Source: Eledone cirrhosa (lineage: Eukaryota). From it: 64,000 nt of DNA. The DNA lies in contig OZ024741.1 in NCBI GenBank assembly GCA_964016885.1, forward strand, positions 345,030,001-345,094,000, written 5' to 3'. Positions within the stretch are counted from its first letter, which is position 1. Each line of letters starts with the position of its first letter. Below the pieces are notes generated by a model. It searched no databases and was not told the DNA's origin. It worked only from the letters and a program-made list of their open reading frames with translations. Positions 21,194 to 33,741 of the stretch are shown piece after piece. The position numbers were made by a program, and so were the translations under genes.

Positions 21194-21498
21194 TATATTA
21201 TAGATAACGAATCAGTGATGCATCAAAACACAACTTATTAACATATTACATATGTTCTCCAAAGATCAGCTCAAGGCAGGATCTATTATAGATCGAACCT
21301 GACTCTGCATTCGCAAGGTCTTCAGATATGTTTATCATTTTCAAGGCATTTCTTCCAACATATCTGAGGATCTTGCGAATGCAGAGTGAGGTTCGCTCTA
21401 TAATAGATCCTGCCTTGAGCTGATCATCAGAGAAACATATGTAATATGATAATAAATTGTGTTTTGATGCATCACTGATTCCTCGTTATCTATAATAT
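21194..21498. mobile_element. ~300-bp fold-back element with head-to-head HHR motifs
   Basis: ~135-bp inverted arms; plus arm catat CTGAGGA tct...aga GAAA catatg TA atatg (21359-21448); minus arm copy mutated. Confidence 0.72.
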
Positions 21499-21680
21499 AT
21501 ATATATATTTATATATATTGTAATACAAACTTGGTATAAATATCCAAGGACTTAGAGCCCTCAATCCATAGGGTGAGTGAAATATAATTAGTTATAACAG
21601 TGACTTGACATGTCACTGTTGTAACTAATTATATATATGTGCATATATATATATACACACACACACATATATACATATAT

Positions 21681-21870
21681 AATAATTGTTTCTACTTTTG
21701 GCACAAGGCCAGCAAATTACCCAGTGCATTACTGGTACTCTATTTTATCGACCCCGTAAGGATGAAAGGCAAAGTTAACCTCAGCGGGATTTGAACTCAG
21801 AATGGCAAGGGCCGTAACTCTATGCGTCAAAGCATGGCGTCAGACCCTCTACCGATACTGCCAATCCACT
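21681..21870 (-). mobile_element. tRNA-derived SINE with Meta/MESC-like domain and (ATT)n tail
   Basis: Minus strand: ggattggcagtatcggtagag..gagttcaaatccc..ctttgcctttcatccttacggggtcgataaaat..gtaccag..ggccttgtgccaaaagtagaaacaatt; many copies in the window. Confidence 0.8.
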
Positions 21871-22859
21871 AATAATAATAATACGGAGGAGTAATGTATA
21901 TATGAGTGCCAGCTTTCCAAGCAGGGAAAAGCAGACGTAAAATGGTGATGAAGATGATATGATATATTTGAATGTTTATGTACATATTTATGTATGTAGA
22001 TATGTATATCTGTCTCTCTCTCTATTTACTGATGGGTATCTATCCATTTCTTTGTATATATATATTTTGGGTGTTTATACATATAAATTGTGTGTATGTG
22101 TATGCATGTATTTGTATATCTGTACACATAGATGTGTGTATATATAGATGTATGTGAGTATATATAGATGTGTAGTTTAGAAATGTGTATGCATATATGC
22201 ATCAACAAATGTATGTGCATGTATATGTATTCATACAAACTGCCACACATATCAACACAGATACACCTACATGAACAAATACATACACACACATAGACAC
22301 AAGTTTGTGAATGCAATTTTTCCCAAAATTTCGATGTCAATATTTTAACGTTTATTTTCAATAAACCATTTATTATCCGCAACAAAACTAAAAGTTGATG
22401 TGATCACATTTTGATATTATCTCGTAGTAGTAGTGGTGGTGATGGTAGTAGTAGTAGTAGTGGTGGTGGTGGTGGTGATGGTGGTAGTGGTGAGGTTACA
22501 TTTCTTTACATCCTGAGTTCAAATTACACAAAAAGTGACTTTGTATTTCAGCTTTTCCAGGAGTAGATAAAATGAAGTATCAGTCAATAACATGGCTCTT
22601 GTTGATTGACTAATAGCTCCTCCAAATGTTATGGCCTGATACATCATCATCACAACTGTTTAACCATTAACACGGTCAGTGACAGTAGAGTAATTTCCCC
22701 TTAATACATAATTGTTTCTACTTTAGGCACAAGGCCAGCAATTACCCAGTGCATTACTGGTACTTTATTTTATCGACCCCGTAAGGATGAAAGGCAAAGT
22801 CAACCTCATGCGGTGTCAAGGGAAGCAATTCATCAAAATGTTCAGTGTGCTAAAGATTA

Positions 22860-23335
22860 ATGTCCATTTTCCACGCTGGCATGGGTGAGATGAGTTGTCT
22901 CATTGTGAGACATATCATATTAGATGACTGTGACTTACTCATACAGAACTGTTTCTGGCTTGGTTTCTACAGCTGGACGCCCTTCCTAACGCCAGCCACA
23001 TTTACAGTGTGGACTGGGTGTTTTTTTTTATTGTGGCATCAAAATTACCAACTAACAGGTTGAACTGGGAACTTTTTCATCATGTCACCATCACAACCAC
23101 TTTACAAGGTGGGCTGGTTGCTTTTGTTGTGTCCACAACATGACCACCTTACGGGATTGGCTGGGTGCTTTTTGTCATGTCACCAGCATGACCACGACCA
23201 CTTAACAGAGATGACTGGGTGCTTTTTGTCATGTCACCAACATGACCACTTTAGAGGGAGGACTGGGTGCTATGATAAGAATTATTAGAAGGGTGGTAGA
23301 CTAACAGTGGTGTCACCAACATAACCACTTTACTC
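22860..23335 (-). mobile_element. RTE/SINE 3' tail with expanded ~45-bp internal repeats
   Basis: ttctacagctggacgcccttcctaac followed by about 7 degenerate units ..gactgggtgctttttgtcatgtcacca.catgaccact.. Confidence 0.65.
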
Positions 23336-24117
23336 TTCATCATTAGTGCTTTGGACAAAATTCCTCATAATATTTGTTCTAACTCTATCATATTCTGAAT
23401 TGAATTACTGCCACAGTCAAATTTACTGTTCATCATTTTAGTGTTGGTTAATAAAATAAAGTGGCAGTTGAATACTGGAAGGGAGTGGGGATGGAGGTAG
23501 GGTGGGAAGATATACTGAATTGTTCCCTGCACCTCATATTTTTGGCCTTGTGCCTGATGGATTGGTAGAGTCATTAGAGTGTTGGGCAACTGCTTAACAG
23601 TATTTGTTCCAGCTCTTAGCATTCTGAGTTCAAATCTTGCCAAGGTCAACTTTGCTTTTCATCATTCTGGGGTTGGTAAAATTAAGTACCAGTCAAATAC
23701 TGGGCTCAATATAATCGACTTCCCTCTTTCCCCAAAATTCATGACCTTGTGCCTATTTTAGAAATTATTATTATTATTAATGTTAGGGCAGTGTATGGCA
23801 GAATCAACAGAACCTCACACAATATTATTACCCAGCTCATTATTTTAAGTTCAAATCATGCCAAAATTAACTTTACCTTTAATTATTCTGGGGTTGATAT
23901 GAAGGACTAGAGACTGAAACTTTAAGACCCTTTTCCTACTATATTAAACGTAAAACTAATAATATATTTCTTCATTGTACTCTGTTATTTGCTTTGATAT
24001 TTCTGTTTGCCTTTTGTATATATATATATATTATGTCTGCTGGCATCACAACAGGATAGTAATACATGAGCAGCAACATATCCCTATGATTGCATAACTG
24101 CAGCTATGATTGTATGA

Positions 24118-24168
24118 GCATCTGATGAAGTCACATGCATAACCACATAACAGAAATGTATATCATGC
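24118..24168 (+). ncRNA. Minimal type I hammerhead-like motif
   Basis: gcat CTGATGA ... GAAA tgtata TC atgc; stem II poorly paired. Confidence 0.45.
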
Positions 24169-25188
24169 AATAAAGCAATTATGTTGAAGTAACCCCATCT
24201 TAACTACTTTTAATTAATATATGAATACTCTGTCACTCTTAATCACCAACTTTTAGCTGGGATAAATTAGTGATGGGAAGTGCTTTTGGAGCACTTGAAC
24301 CAGCTTTTCCTTACTAAGTTACAGCATAACATCCACATATAAGCACTTATCTTCTGCAGCTATATATATATATCCATCTAATCCATGCTAGCATGGAAGA
24401 ACGTACGTAAAACGATGATGATGATGATATATAGTACTATGTTCTGTATGAGCAAGATATGGTCACCTGATCTGGCTGGTCACCATGAGACAACTCATCT
24501 AATCTATGTTAGTGCAGAAGATGGGCGTTAAATGATGATGATATGTAAGATAATGAACACCTCCATGCTTTTCATGCCCTCCCTAAATTAGAAGTTACAA
24601 AATAGTTGATTGGCAGAATCATTGGAGTATCAAACAGAATTTTAGTTACATACCTTTACATTATGAGTTCAAATCTCACCAAGGTCAATTTTGTCTTACT
24701 TCCTTCTGGGGTTGATAAAAGCAAGTACCAATCATGTACTAGGGTTGATATAGTCGGCTTTCCCTTCTCCAAAATTGTTGACCTTATGTTTAAAAAGTAA
24801 CATATTTTTATCTCTGTAGTAGTAGTAGTGCCAGCAGAAGCATTAGTAGTTGTAGTAGTAGTAGTAGTAGTAGTAGTACTAGTAGCAGTAGTAATTGTGG
24901 TGGGGATGGTCTTGGTGGTAGTAATAGTAGTAGTAATGGTGGTGGTCATGAGACAGTTTTCTCCATTTTTTTTTACTAATTTTATTTTATTCCATTTATG
25001 GCTTTTTCTTTTGTTTTTCATTTTTACAATTAAAAAAGCATTTCTTTTTATGAATTTCAGTTTTACGATTTTCATTTATTGTAAATTTTTTTTAGGCTTT
25101 TATTTATATTTATCTAAATCTACCTATCTATCTATCTCTCTATCTATATATTGGAAAATGTGTGAAATCCTTGATATAGTTAGGTATA

Positions 25189-25342
25189 TTTGAAAAAAGG
25201 GAAAGAATGACTTGTTCTAAACAATTTAATTTTATAATTTTACAATTTTATAATTTTGCTATCTACATAGCAAAATTGTAAAATTATAAAATTAAATTAT
25301 TTAAAACACCACAAGTGAAGTCATTCTTTCCCTTTTTTCAAA
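25189..25342. repeat. AT-rich palindrome (MITE-like)
   Basis: tttgaaaaaagggaaagaatgactt..aatttaattttataattttacaatttt / aaaattgtaaaattataaaattaaatt..aagtcattctttcccttttttcaaa. Confidence 0.7.
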
Positions 25343-25617
25343 ACACACACACACACGTATCATCATCATCAGCTTCCATGCTTGCATGGGTTTGGACGGG
25401 AATTTTCCCACTTGAGGCAAGATTGGTTGTCTTGCTCGTATAGGACTGTCTGGCGGGTTTTCTACGGCTGGATGCCCTTCCTAACACCAACCACGTTTAC
25501 AGTGTGGACTGGGAGGTTTTTACCGTGTTACCTACACGGCCACATTACAGTGTGGACTGTGTTTTTTTGTCGTGACACCTACACGAGCTATATATATGTA
25601 TATACAGATCTATATAT

Positions 25618-28160
25618 AGAGATCTGGAAGCTGAAAGACCCCTCAGCCAGTAACAGATTTAAAGATATTTTACTCAACGCCTACGACAGTAAAGAAGAAC
25701 AGATAGAGACATTCAATGTAGAAGAGCACTGGGAGTTCCTAAAAAATAACTTACTAGAGGCGACGGATGAGATCTGTGGCTGGAGTAAGACCACAAGCAG
25801 GAGGAGAGTGACTTGGTGGTGGAACAATAAGGTAGATGAGGCAGTTAAGGCCAAGAGACAATGATGGAAAGAATGGAAGAACGGGGAAGCAGGGTACATT
25901 ACATAGAGACCAAGAGGGAAGCTAGGCGACAAGTATACTTAGCTAGGAGGGAAGCAGAGGATAAAAAATTTTGCAACGTGAGGACCAGAAACAGGAAGTG
26001 TTCAAGATTGCGAGGCAGTGTGTCTCAGAGAGAATTGTGATGTCATTGGAGAGAAGTGGATCCAGAATGATAAAGGTGAGCTTGCCCTCACAAGTGCTGA
26101 GAAGAAAGATGCATGGAAGAGCCATTATGATAGATTACTAAATTAGGAGAATGCATGGGAAGAAGAGACCCTACTCCAAGTAGACCCTATAGAGGGGCCG
26201 GCAGTACAAGTCAGCAGCAGCGTAGTAAGTAAGGCAAGCAAAGATATGAAGATGGGGAAGGCAACCGGTCCATCGGGTATAGCTGCCGAGATGCTGAAGG
26301 CATCTGGGTCTGTAGGTCACACTCTAACCACACGTATTGTTAACCAGGTAATACTAGAAGGTGTCATACCAAAAGATTGGTGCAGTAACATCATTGTCAA
26401 CTGCTACAAAGGTAAAGGTGATGCACTAGATAGAGGAAACTATAGAGGTATAAAGCTGATGCACCAGGTCATGAAAGTAACAGAAAGAGTTATAGCACAG
26501 TTGATTAGGGACCGGGTGAAACTAGATGAGATGCAATTTGGGTTTGTACCAGGAAGAGGCACCACTGATGCCCTCTTCTTTGTGGGGCAGTTACAGGAAA
26601 AGTACCTAGCTAAAAGTAAGCCACTCTACCTGGCATTCGTCGATCTCGAGAAAGCCTTTGACAGAGTTCCACGTGCTATAATCTGGTGGGCTCTTAGAAA
26701 ACTAGGAGTAGATGAATGGCTTGTGAAATCTGTACAAGCCATGTATAGGAGAGCAGTCAGCAAAGTTAGGATTAGCAATGAGTATAGCGAGGAATTTAGC
26801 GTACAGGTTGGTGTCCACCAGGGCTCTGTTCTTAGCCCTCTCCTGTTCATCATAGTCCTGCAGGCAATAACGGAGGAGTTTAAGACCGGATGCCCATCGG
26901 AACTCCTGTATGCAGATGACCTCGCACTTATAGCTGAATCTATGGTAGAACTAGAGAAAAATTCCAAACTTGGAAGCAGGGACTAGAAAGAAAGGGCCTC
27001 AAAGTCAACCTGACTAAGTAGACTAGAAAACAGAACCCAGATCCCCTCAGGGAAATAGCCTTGCTCAGTATGTAGGAAAGGTGTAGGTAGGAACTCCATT
27101 CTCTGCCTCAAATGCAAACAATGAGTACACAAGAGATGTAGCTGGATCTCAGGAAGCTTAATTAAGAATGTAGGCTTCACATGTAGCAGCTGTGCTGGGA
27201 CAGCAAGCAGCAAACAGCCACAGGAAACAAGTACCACCAATCTCTGGGAGGGCTCTGTAGAAACAGTAGACAGCTTCTGCTACCTAGGTGACCGAATTAG
27301 CGGTGGAGGTGGGTGTTCAGAAAGTACAATAACTAGGGTAAGAACGGGATGGAAGAAGTTCAGGGAACTACTGCCACTGCTAGCTGCAAAAGGCTTCTCC
27401 CTCAAAATGAAAGGCAGACTATATGATCCGTGTATACGAACAGCAATGTTACATGGTAGTGAGACCTGGGCACTGAAGGTGGAAACCTTACGTAGATTAG
27501 AAAGAAACGAAGCCTGCATGCTCCGATGGATGTGTAATAGTAATATACACGAACGGCAAAGCATAAATGAATTAAGAGAGAGACTGAGCATAAGAGGAAA
27601 CAAATGTTGTGTGCAGGAGAGGCGGTTGCGTTGGTATAGACGTGTGATGCGTATGAAGGATGACAGCTGCATAAAAAGGTGCAGAGCACTAGAAGTCAAT
27701 GGAAACCACGGAGTGGGGAGACACAAGATGACCTGGGATGAGGTGATAAAAGCTGACCTTAGCCAATTACACCTCTCAAAGGCGATGACACACGACCGTG
27801 ACCTCTGGCGTCACGCAGTAATACAGAGTACCCGACCTCCCATGGGTACAAGCTGAAGCATATAGACAATATGCCCCCACACCCTCCCACTGCAAAGTGG
27901 TCGTGGAGGTGCAACGGCAAAAAAAGCACCCAGCCCACACTGTAAAGTGGACGTATAGGTGCCACGGAAAAAAGCACCCAGCACTCACTGTAAATGAGGT
28001 TGGTGTTAGGAAGGGCATCCAGCTGTAGAAATCAAGCCAAAATCAGTTCCTGTATGAGCAAGACAAGGTCAGCCAACCGGACACTGCCCACAACAGGACA
28101 ACCCGTCTAACTCATGCTAGCATGGAAGAACCGACGTAAAACGGTGATGATGATGATGAT
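25618..28160 (+). mobile_element. 5'-truncated RTE-clade LINE with RT, PHD-like insertion, 3'UTR and (GAT)n tail
   Basis: TWWWN, KATGPSG, NYRGIKL, QFGFVPGRGTTDA, FVDLEKAFDRVPR, GVHQGSVLSPLLF, LLYADDL, MLHGSETWAL, RLRW; several stops and frameshifts. Confidence 0.95.
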
Positions 28161-28186
28161 ACACATATATATATATATATATACAC

Positions 28187-28220
<34 letters not shown>

Positions 28221-28279
28221 ATATATATATTATACTTGGGGAGAGTCATATTGTTATAATATTGCTGTTTGGTTTGGGT

Positions 28280-28310
<31 letters not shown>

Positions 28311-28681
28311 TTATTACTTAAAATACATGGAAACAAAGTATGTTTTTATCAGTACTCATGATATTTCATGATGGTAACGGATTAATCTGATACCATCATG
28401 AAACTCTTTGTTGCCATGTATTTTAAGTAATATGCTATGTTTACATATCGATAGCTCTTTCTTCTATACTTACAATTCGCACTCAGAAATACATCATGTA
28501 ATAACTACATATACACATGTATAGATACAGAAACATATACACGTCTACACATATACCTCAAAACATACAGATCCACACATGCAATAACCCCCATACTTGC
28601 ACACACACAAACACATACATATACATACGTATTTACCTAGTTTATGTTGTCTAAATTCTAGTGCAAGTGTCTTGTTTCAAT

Positions 28682-28938
28682 ACAGAAACTGCCTTTCACT
28701 CGATTGGTGAAAAATTATATAATAATGGTTTCTACATTTGGCACAAGGCCAGCAATTTGAAAGGAAGAGGGAAAGTCAATTAAATCAACCCAGTATGTGA
28801 CTGGTACTTTATTTATCAGTCTCGCAAAGGTGCGAATTAATCGACTTTCTCCGTCCCTTCAAATTGCTGGCCTTGTGCCAAATGTAGAAACCATTCTTAT
28901 ATAAATTTTCACCAATAGAGTGAAAGCCAGTTTCTGTA
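28682..28938. mobile_element. Palindromic element whose arms contain SINE 3' tails
   Basis: acagaaactgcctttcactc..ttggtgaaaa..ggtttctacatttggcacaaggccagcaatttgaa mirrored at 28858-28938. Confidence 0.7.
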
Positions 28939-29081
28939 AAAACCAGATGCATACATACACACACACACGTGCATACACACACACACATACCAATGAAAGA
29001 GTCTTGGGTCTATATTAGAAACCAACTCTCTCTCTCTATTGGTAAACATTTATAAAATAATAAAACCAGAATATAAATACA

Positions 29082-29112
<31 letters not shown>

Positions 29113-29300
29113 CATCCGGTGGCCTCAGCCAAAATAGACTCAACAATTGATCTCCAAGTGGGTCTGTCGTTCATTGCCGTTGCCAAGTCCTGAATTTCAA
29201 TACAAGAATCTCTGGAGATGGCATCGGGATAGGAGAGCTTGTGCCCCCTGTTATTATTGACTGATTGGGGTTTCCAAAGCACTAATGGGGACACAGCCTC
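29113..29300 (-). mobile_element. RTE-like LINE extreme 3' fragment
   Basis: Reads RGHKLSYPDAISRDSCIEIQDLATAMNDRPTWRSIV, resembling an RTE C-terminal A-x-DR-x2-WR ending. Confidence 0.55.
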
Positions 29301-29592
29301 ATACTGTAAAATAATTTGGGTGTAAGCAAGCAACTGCTGATGAACTGTAACAAGTGTGAAATGCATGTATCTGCCCCGCTTACATCTGTGCGGTGGTAGC
29401 TCTGAGATGATCTCATCTTAAATTACACTCACTTGAAGGGGTTTCTTCTCTGAAGACATTCTGCTGTCCAGCTCTCCTGAAAGTTTCTTACCATTATATA
29501 CACATGGATACACTCACACATATATATTTATGCATATATATATATAGAGAGAGATGTGAGAAAAACCACAAACCCTCCATCTTAACAACTCA

Positions 29593-29630
29593 CCTTTTGA
29601 AAAGCAGAAGAACTGCGAAACCGGTAAAGG
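29593..29630 (+). ncRNA. Minimal type I hammerhead ribozyme, U3-A8 core variant (family B)
   Basis: cctt TTGAAAA gcag aagaa ctgc GAAA ccgg TA aagg: stems I and II fully paired, palindromic ACCGGT in stem III; element extends ~29555-29770. Confidence 0.75.
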
Positions 29631-30256
29631 AACCAAATAAATATATATATTTTTTTTTAAAATAAGACTCCAGTTGCATTTTCGATTTCATCTCTTTTTC
29701 TTTATACATTCACTCGTGTAGGACACCTCGGTTATTTTTCATTTTGTAAAAAAAACCTCACTTTCTAATATATATATATATATATATAGTTGCTGCCAAC
29801 TCGTTTTAGAGTACGGCCACTACTTTATATCCATGTAAGAGAACCCCTACCGATGCGCTGAACAAGTGTGACTTTTTAGTCCAGCCAGCGACTTGAAAAC
29901 TCTGGTACAAACACTACACCTGTGACAATTATTAACACATAGTGCTGGGCCCATGGTACCATGTGACGACAAGTGCAGAGATCTCCAGATATAAAGCAAT
30001 GCCTGTGCCATGAAGCTTTTATAGTGAGCAAAGGCACTGCACAAAGCCAGTCCCACTCTCTTAACCAAGATGATATTTACAAAAAAAAGAACAAGTCAAC
30101 ATCATTGGATACCATTCAGGATTGCAGGTGTTATATCAGAGTTTTCCTTCTCCTAGAATTCTGCCTTGACAAAGGCTAAGGGGTCATCTCTCCCGGATAT
30201 ATATATATATATATATACATACATACATACATACATACATATTACATATATATATA

Positions 30257-30319
30257 CAGGGTGTCCCGCCCAAATGTATAAACACTTATAATCAAAGTGT
30301 GTATACGTTTTATTGGGGG

Positions 30320-30325
<6 letters not shown>
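30257..30325. mobile_element. Tiny Tc1/mariner-type MITE
   Basis: TA-cagggtgtccc...aaatgtata / tatacgttt..gggggaccct-TA; related to 34325-34401. Confidence 0.6.
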
Positions 30326-30357
<32 letters not shown>

Positions 30358-30654
30358 GGTGCAACTCTACAGAATGTTTGTTTTGTTTTTTGTTTCTGTT
30401 ACGTAATGTAGTTTTATTGCTGTTGTTGTTTTCATTTGTTTCTATACTATAACACAAGTGCCAATGTTGTTGTTGTTGTTGATGGTAGTGGTGGTGGTGA
30501 TGGTGTCATTGTTGTTATTGTTCATTTCTGCTCTTGTCATCATTAGAATTACAGTAGCTGTAAACTATTGTTATCAAATGTGTGGTTGTGTTGATGGTGG
30601 TGATGATGATGATTGCGGTGCTTGTGGAGAAGATTAGATCACTCAACTGAATCA

Positions 30655-31005
30655 GGGTAAAAGGGTAAACACCTCCTTCGATCATGAATGACCATGGGAT
30701 TGGGAACCTAGAAAGTTCCCCTCAGAGGCAAAAGTCCAGACAAAGTTGTTTGTGGAAGACCAGCAGTTGCCCATGCATACCAGTCTCCCCTCTCCACACC
30801 ACTGATGCTGTCCAAGGGAAAGGCAATGGGCGATACAGCTTAGCACCAGTGACATCGCAACTCATTTCTACAGATAAGTGAACTGGGACAACACGATATA
30901 AAGTATCTTGCTCAAGGACACAACACATCACCTGGTCCGAGAATCAAACTTACAACTTCCCGATTGTAAACCCAATCCTCTAACCCTTAAATCATGCGCA
31001 TTCAA
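30655..31005 (-). mobile_element. tRNA-derived SINE (CORE/V-like motif, distinct 3' part)
   Basis: aaagtatcttgctcaaggacacaacacatcacctggtccgagaatcaaact head similar to the other CORE-like SINEs. Confidence 0.65.
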
Positions 31006-31009
31006 CAGA

Positions 31010-31810
31010 ATCACATATGCTATTTAAGCTCTGGGTTTAAATCCTGTCATGGTCAACTTAGCCTTTCATCCTTCCTGGGTCAATAAAATAAAGTACCAGC
31101 CACGCACTGGTGTTGATATAATCGATTTTTCCCTCCCCACAAATTGCTAGCCTTGTGCCTAAATTAGAAATCATGTGGGTGGTGGATTCGCAGTCTTGGT
31201 AAAACATCGGTCAAAATGCTTTGCGGTATTTAGTTACAATTTTCTGCGTTCTAAGTTTAAATCTTGTTGCGGTCAATTTTGTCTTTCATCTTTCCGAGAT
31301 TGATAAAATAAGTACCAGTTAAATACTGGGTCGATATAATTGATTTTCTCATTCCCATAATTTGATGGCCTTGTACCAATGTTGGAAAGAATTATTGTTA
31401 TTATTATTAGTGCATTACTGGTACTTTATTTTATTGACCCCATAAGGATGAAAGCAAAGTTAATCCCGCTGAGGTTAACTTTGCCTTTCATCCTTACGGG
31501 ATCGATAAAATAAAGTACCAGTAATGCACTGGAGTAATTGCTGGCCTTGTGCCAAAAGTAGAAACATTATTATTATTACTATTAGAGTAGCAGATTGGCA
31601 GTATTGGTAGAGTGCCAGACAACATGCTTTGCAGCATAGCGTTACGGCCCTTTACGTTCTGAGTTTTAATCCCGCCGAGGTTAGCTTTGCTTTTCATCCT
31701 TACAGGTGTCAATAAATAAAGTACCAGTAATGCACTGGGGTCAATTTAATCAACTTTCCCCTCTCCTAAAATTGTTGGCCTTGTGCCTATAGTAGAAACA
31801 ATTATTATTA
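31010..31810. mobile_element. Cluster of Meta-like SINE copies in both orientations
   Basis: Repeated ctttcatcct..gtc(a/g)ataaaataaagtaccag and ggccttgtgcc.aaa.tagaaa; inverted piece at 31410-31465. Confidence 0.75.
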
Positions 31811-31879
31811 TTTGCATGCTTTCAAGTTTCATGTGTGTTTCTACTGCACCACCAGATGCTCTTCTGTATCTATAAGGTA

Positions 31880-32615
31880 TGCATTGGTATGTGCATGCAC
31901 ATTGGTCTGTATTATTGATGTGTATATTGATGGGTGCATTAGTGTGTGAATTTATATGTGCATTGATGTGTACATTGAGGTGCACACATTGGTGTAGGCA
32001 GTAATATGTGCATTGCTGCATGAATTGATGTTTACATTGTTGTATACATTGGTGTGTGCTGTGACATGTGCATTTATATTTACATTGGTTTGTGCATTGG
32101 TGTGTGAATTGATGTGTGCATTAATGTTTACATTGGTGTATGCATCAGTGTATGCATTGATTGATGCACAATGGTATGTGCAATGAGGTGCGCATTGATT
32201 GATGTGCAATGGTGTGTGGAATGAGGTGTGCATTGATTGATGTGCAATGGTGTGTGCATTGATTAATGTGCAATGGTGTGTGCATTGATTGATGTGCAAT
32301 GGTGTGTTCATTGATTAATGTGCAATGGTGTGTGGAATGAGGTGTGCATTGATTGATGTGCAATGAGGTGTGCATTGATTAATGTGCAATGGTGTGTGGA
32401 ATGAGGTGTGCATTAATTGATGTGCAATGAGGTGTGCATTGATTGATGTGCAATGGTGTGTGGATTGAGGTGTGCATTGGTTAATATGCAGTGATGTGTG
32501 GAATGAGGGTGCATTGATTGATGTGCATTGATTAATGTTCAATGGTGTATGAATGAGTGATGTGTTTATTAATTGATATAGGTGCAGTGATGTGTTAATT
32601 GATTGATGTGCAACT
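31880..32615. repeat. Degenerate minisatellite (gtgtgcattgattgatgtgcaatg(a)g units)
   Basis: Directly visible ~24-36-bp units, most homogeneous at 32150-32540. Confidence 0.85.
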
Positions 32616-33134
32616 TATGAATAATTTTGAATGTTTTTTGTTGTAATTACAATGGCAATAAGTGTTATTTTTAATTGAATTGAATTTCTATTGCTAATAT
32701 TGTGTTGCACTTGAGAATCATCATCATTATAATCAACTTAGTAATCATCATTATCATTTTCATCATCATCATAATCATCGTCACCATCATTATTTTCAAC
32801 ATAATTCTCATCATCATCATTATCGCCATCATCACCATCATCACATCCTCCTTCTCATCATCACCATTATCATCATCATTTTATACCTCAGCATCACTAT
32901 CACCATCATCATGTCATTGTTGTTATTTAACCCAATGTTAAATCCAGATCAAAGGCCTTTAGGATAACAACATCCTATTTTACACATACTGGTATCTAGA
33001 ACTAATTATATTATATGATTTTAAGGTGATTTGACTACCACTTCCTGCAGGTCGAGTAACCACATATTGTCTCCATATTCTTGTTGCTGTGTTGTTTAAG
33101 CCTAGGCCATCCTTCATTAAAATAATAATAATAA

Positions 33135-33430
33135 TGAAAATGATTATGTACAATGCTCAGGTGCACTGCAACTCATCAAAGGTGTATGTATAATACATAG
33201 AATAATGTACAAATGTCAGGAAAGTGAACAGTGTATGAGCCATGATATACACACAGATACATGCATGTGTGCGTATGGAGAGGGAATATCAGGTGTAGTG
33301 TTGGCGAATTTCGGGAAGCATGGAAGTTTTGAAGGATGCAGTGTCCATCCAGACAGGCAACAGCTGATGCAGGTAGTTTGTTCCATGCTACAGCAACTCT
33401 GAGCATGTTTCATGTCATAACCATCCACTG
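33135..33430 (-). mobile_element. CR1-like LINE 3' end
   Basis: Minus strand reads RVAVAWNKLPASAV (WN-x-LP motif), then a 3'UTR ending in (ATT)n. Confidence 0.55.
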
Positions 33431-33473
<43 letters not shown>

Positions 33474-33741
33474 TATAAATATATATATATATATGTGTGT
33501 GTGTATGTATTACACTCTATCTACCACTTTGTTATACAATGTTCATTGTGTCTTTTTTTTTCTTTTAAGAGATTTAGCATCTCTTTTCAGCAGGTTGAGA
33601 AACCATGTTGCTGTTGTTGTTGTTTAACCCCAGGTCAGACATGATCAGTATGACTTAAATTTTTATCTATTTTTAAATCACAATCAGTCGTCAACAACTT
33701 CATTGGTTTCCTTCCAGTTTTCCGAAACAGCCAACCATTAA

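Noticed and set aside
28304-28430. Inverted repeat with ctcatga..gaaa
   Set aside because: The fold-back is real, but the core lacks G5 and stems I/III cannot be drawn, so it is not counted as a ribozyme.
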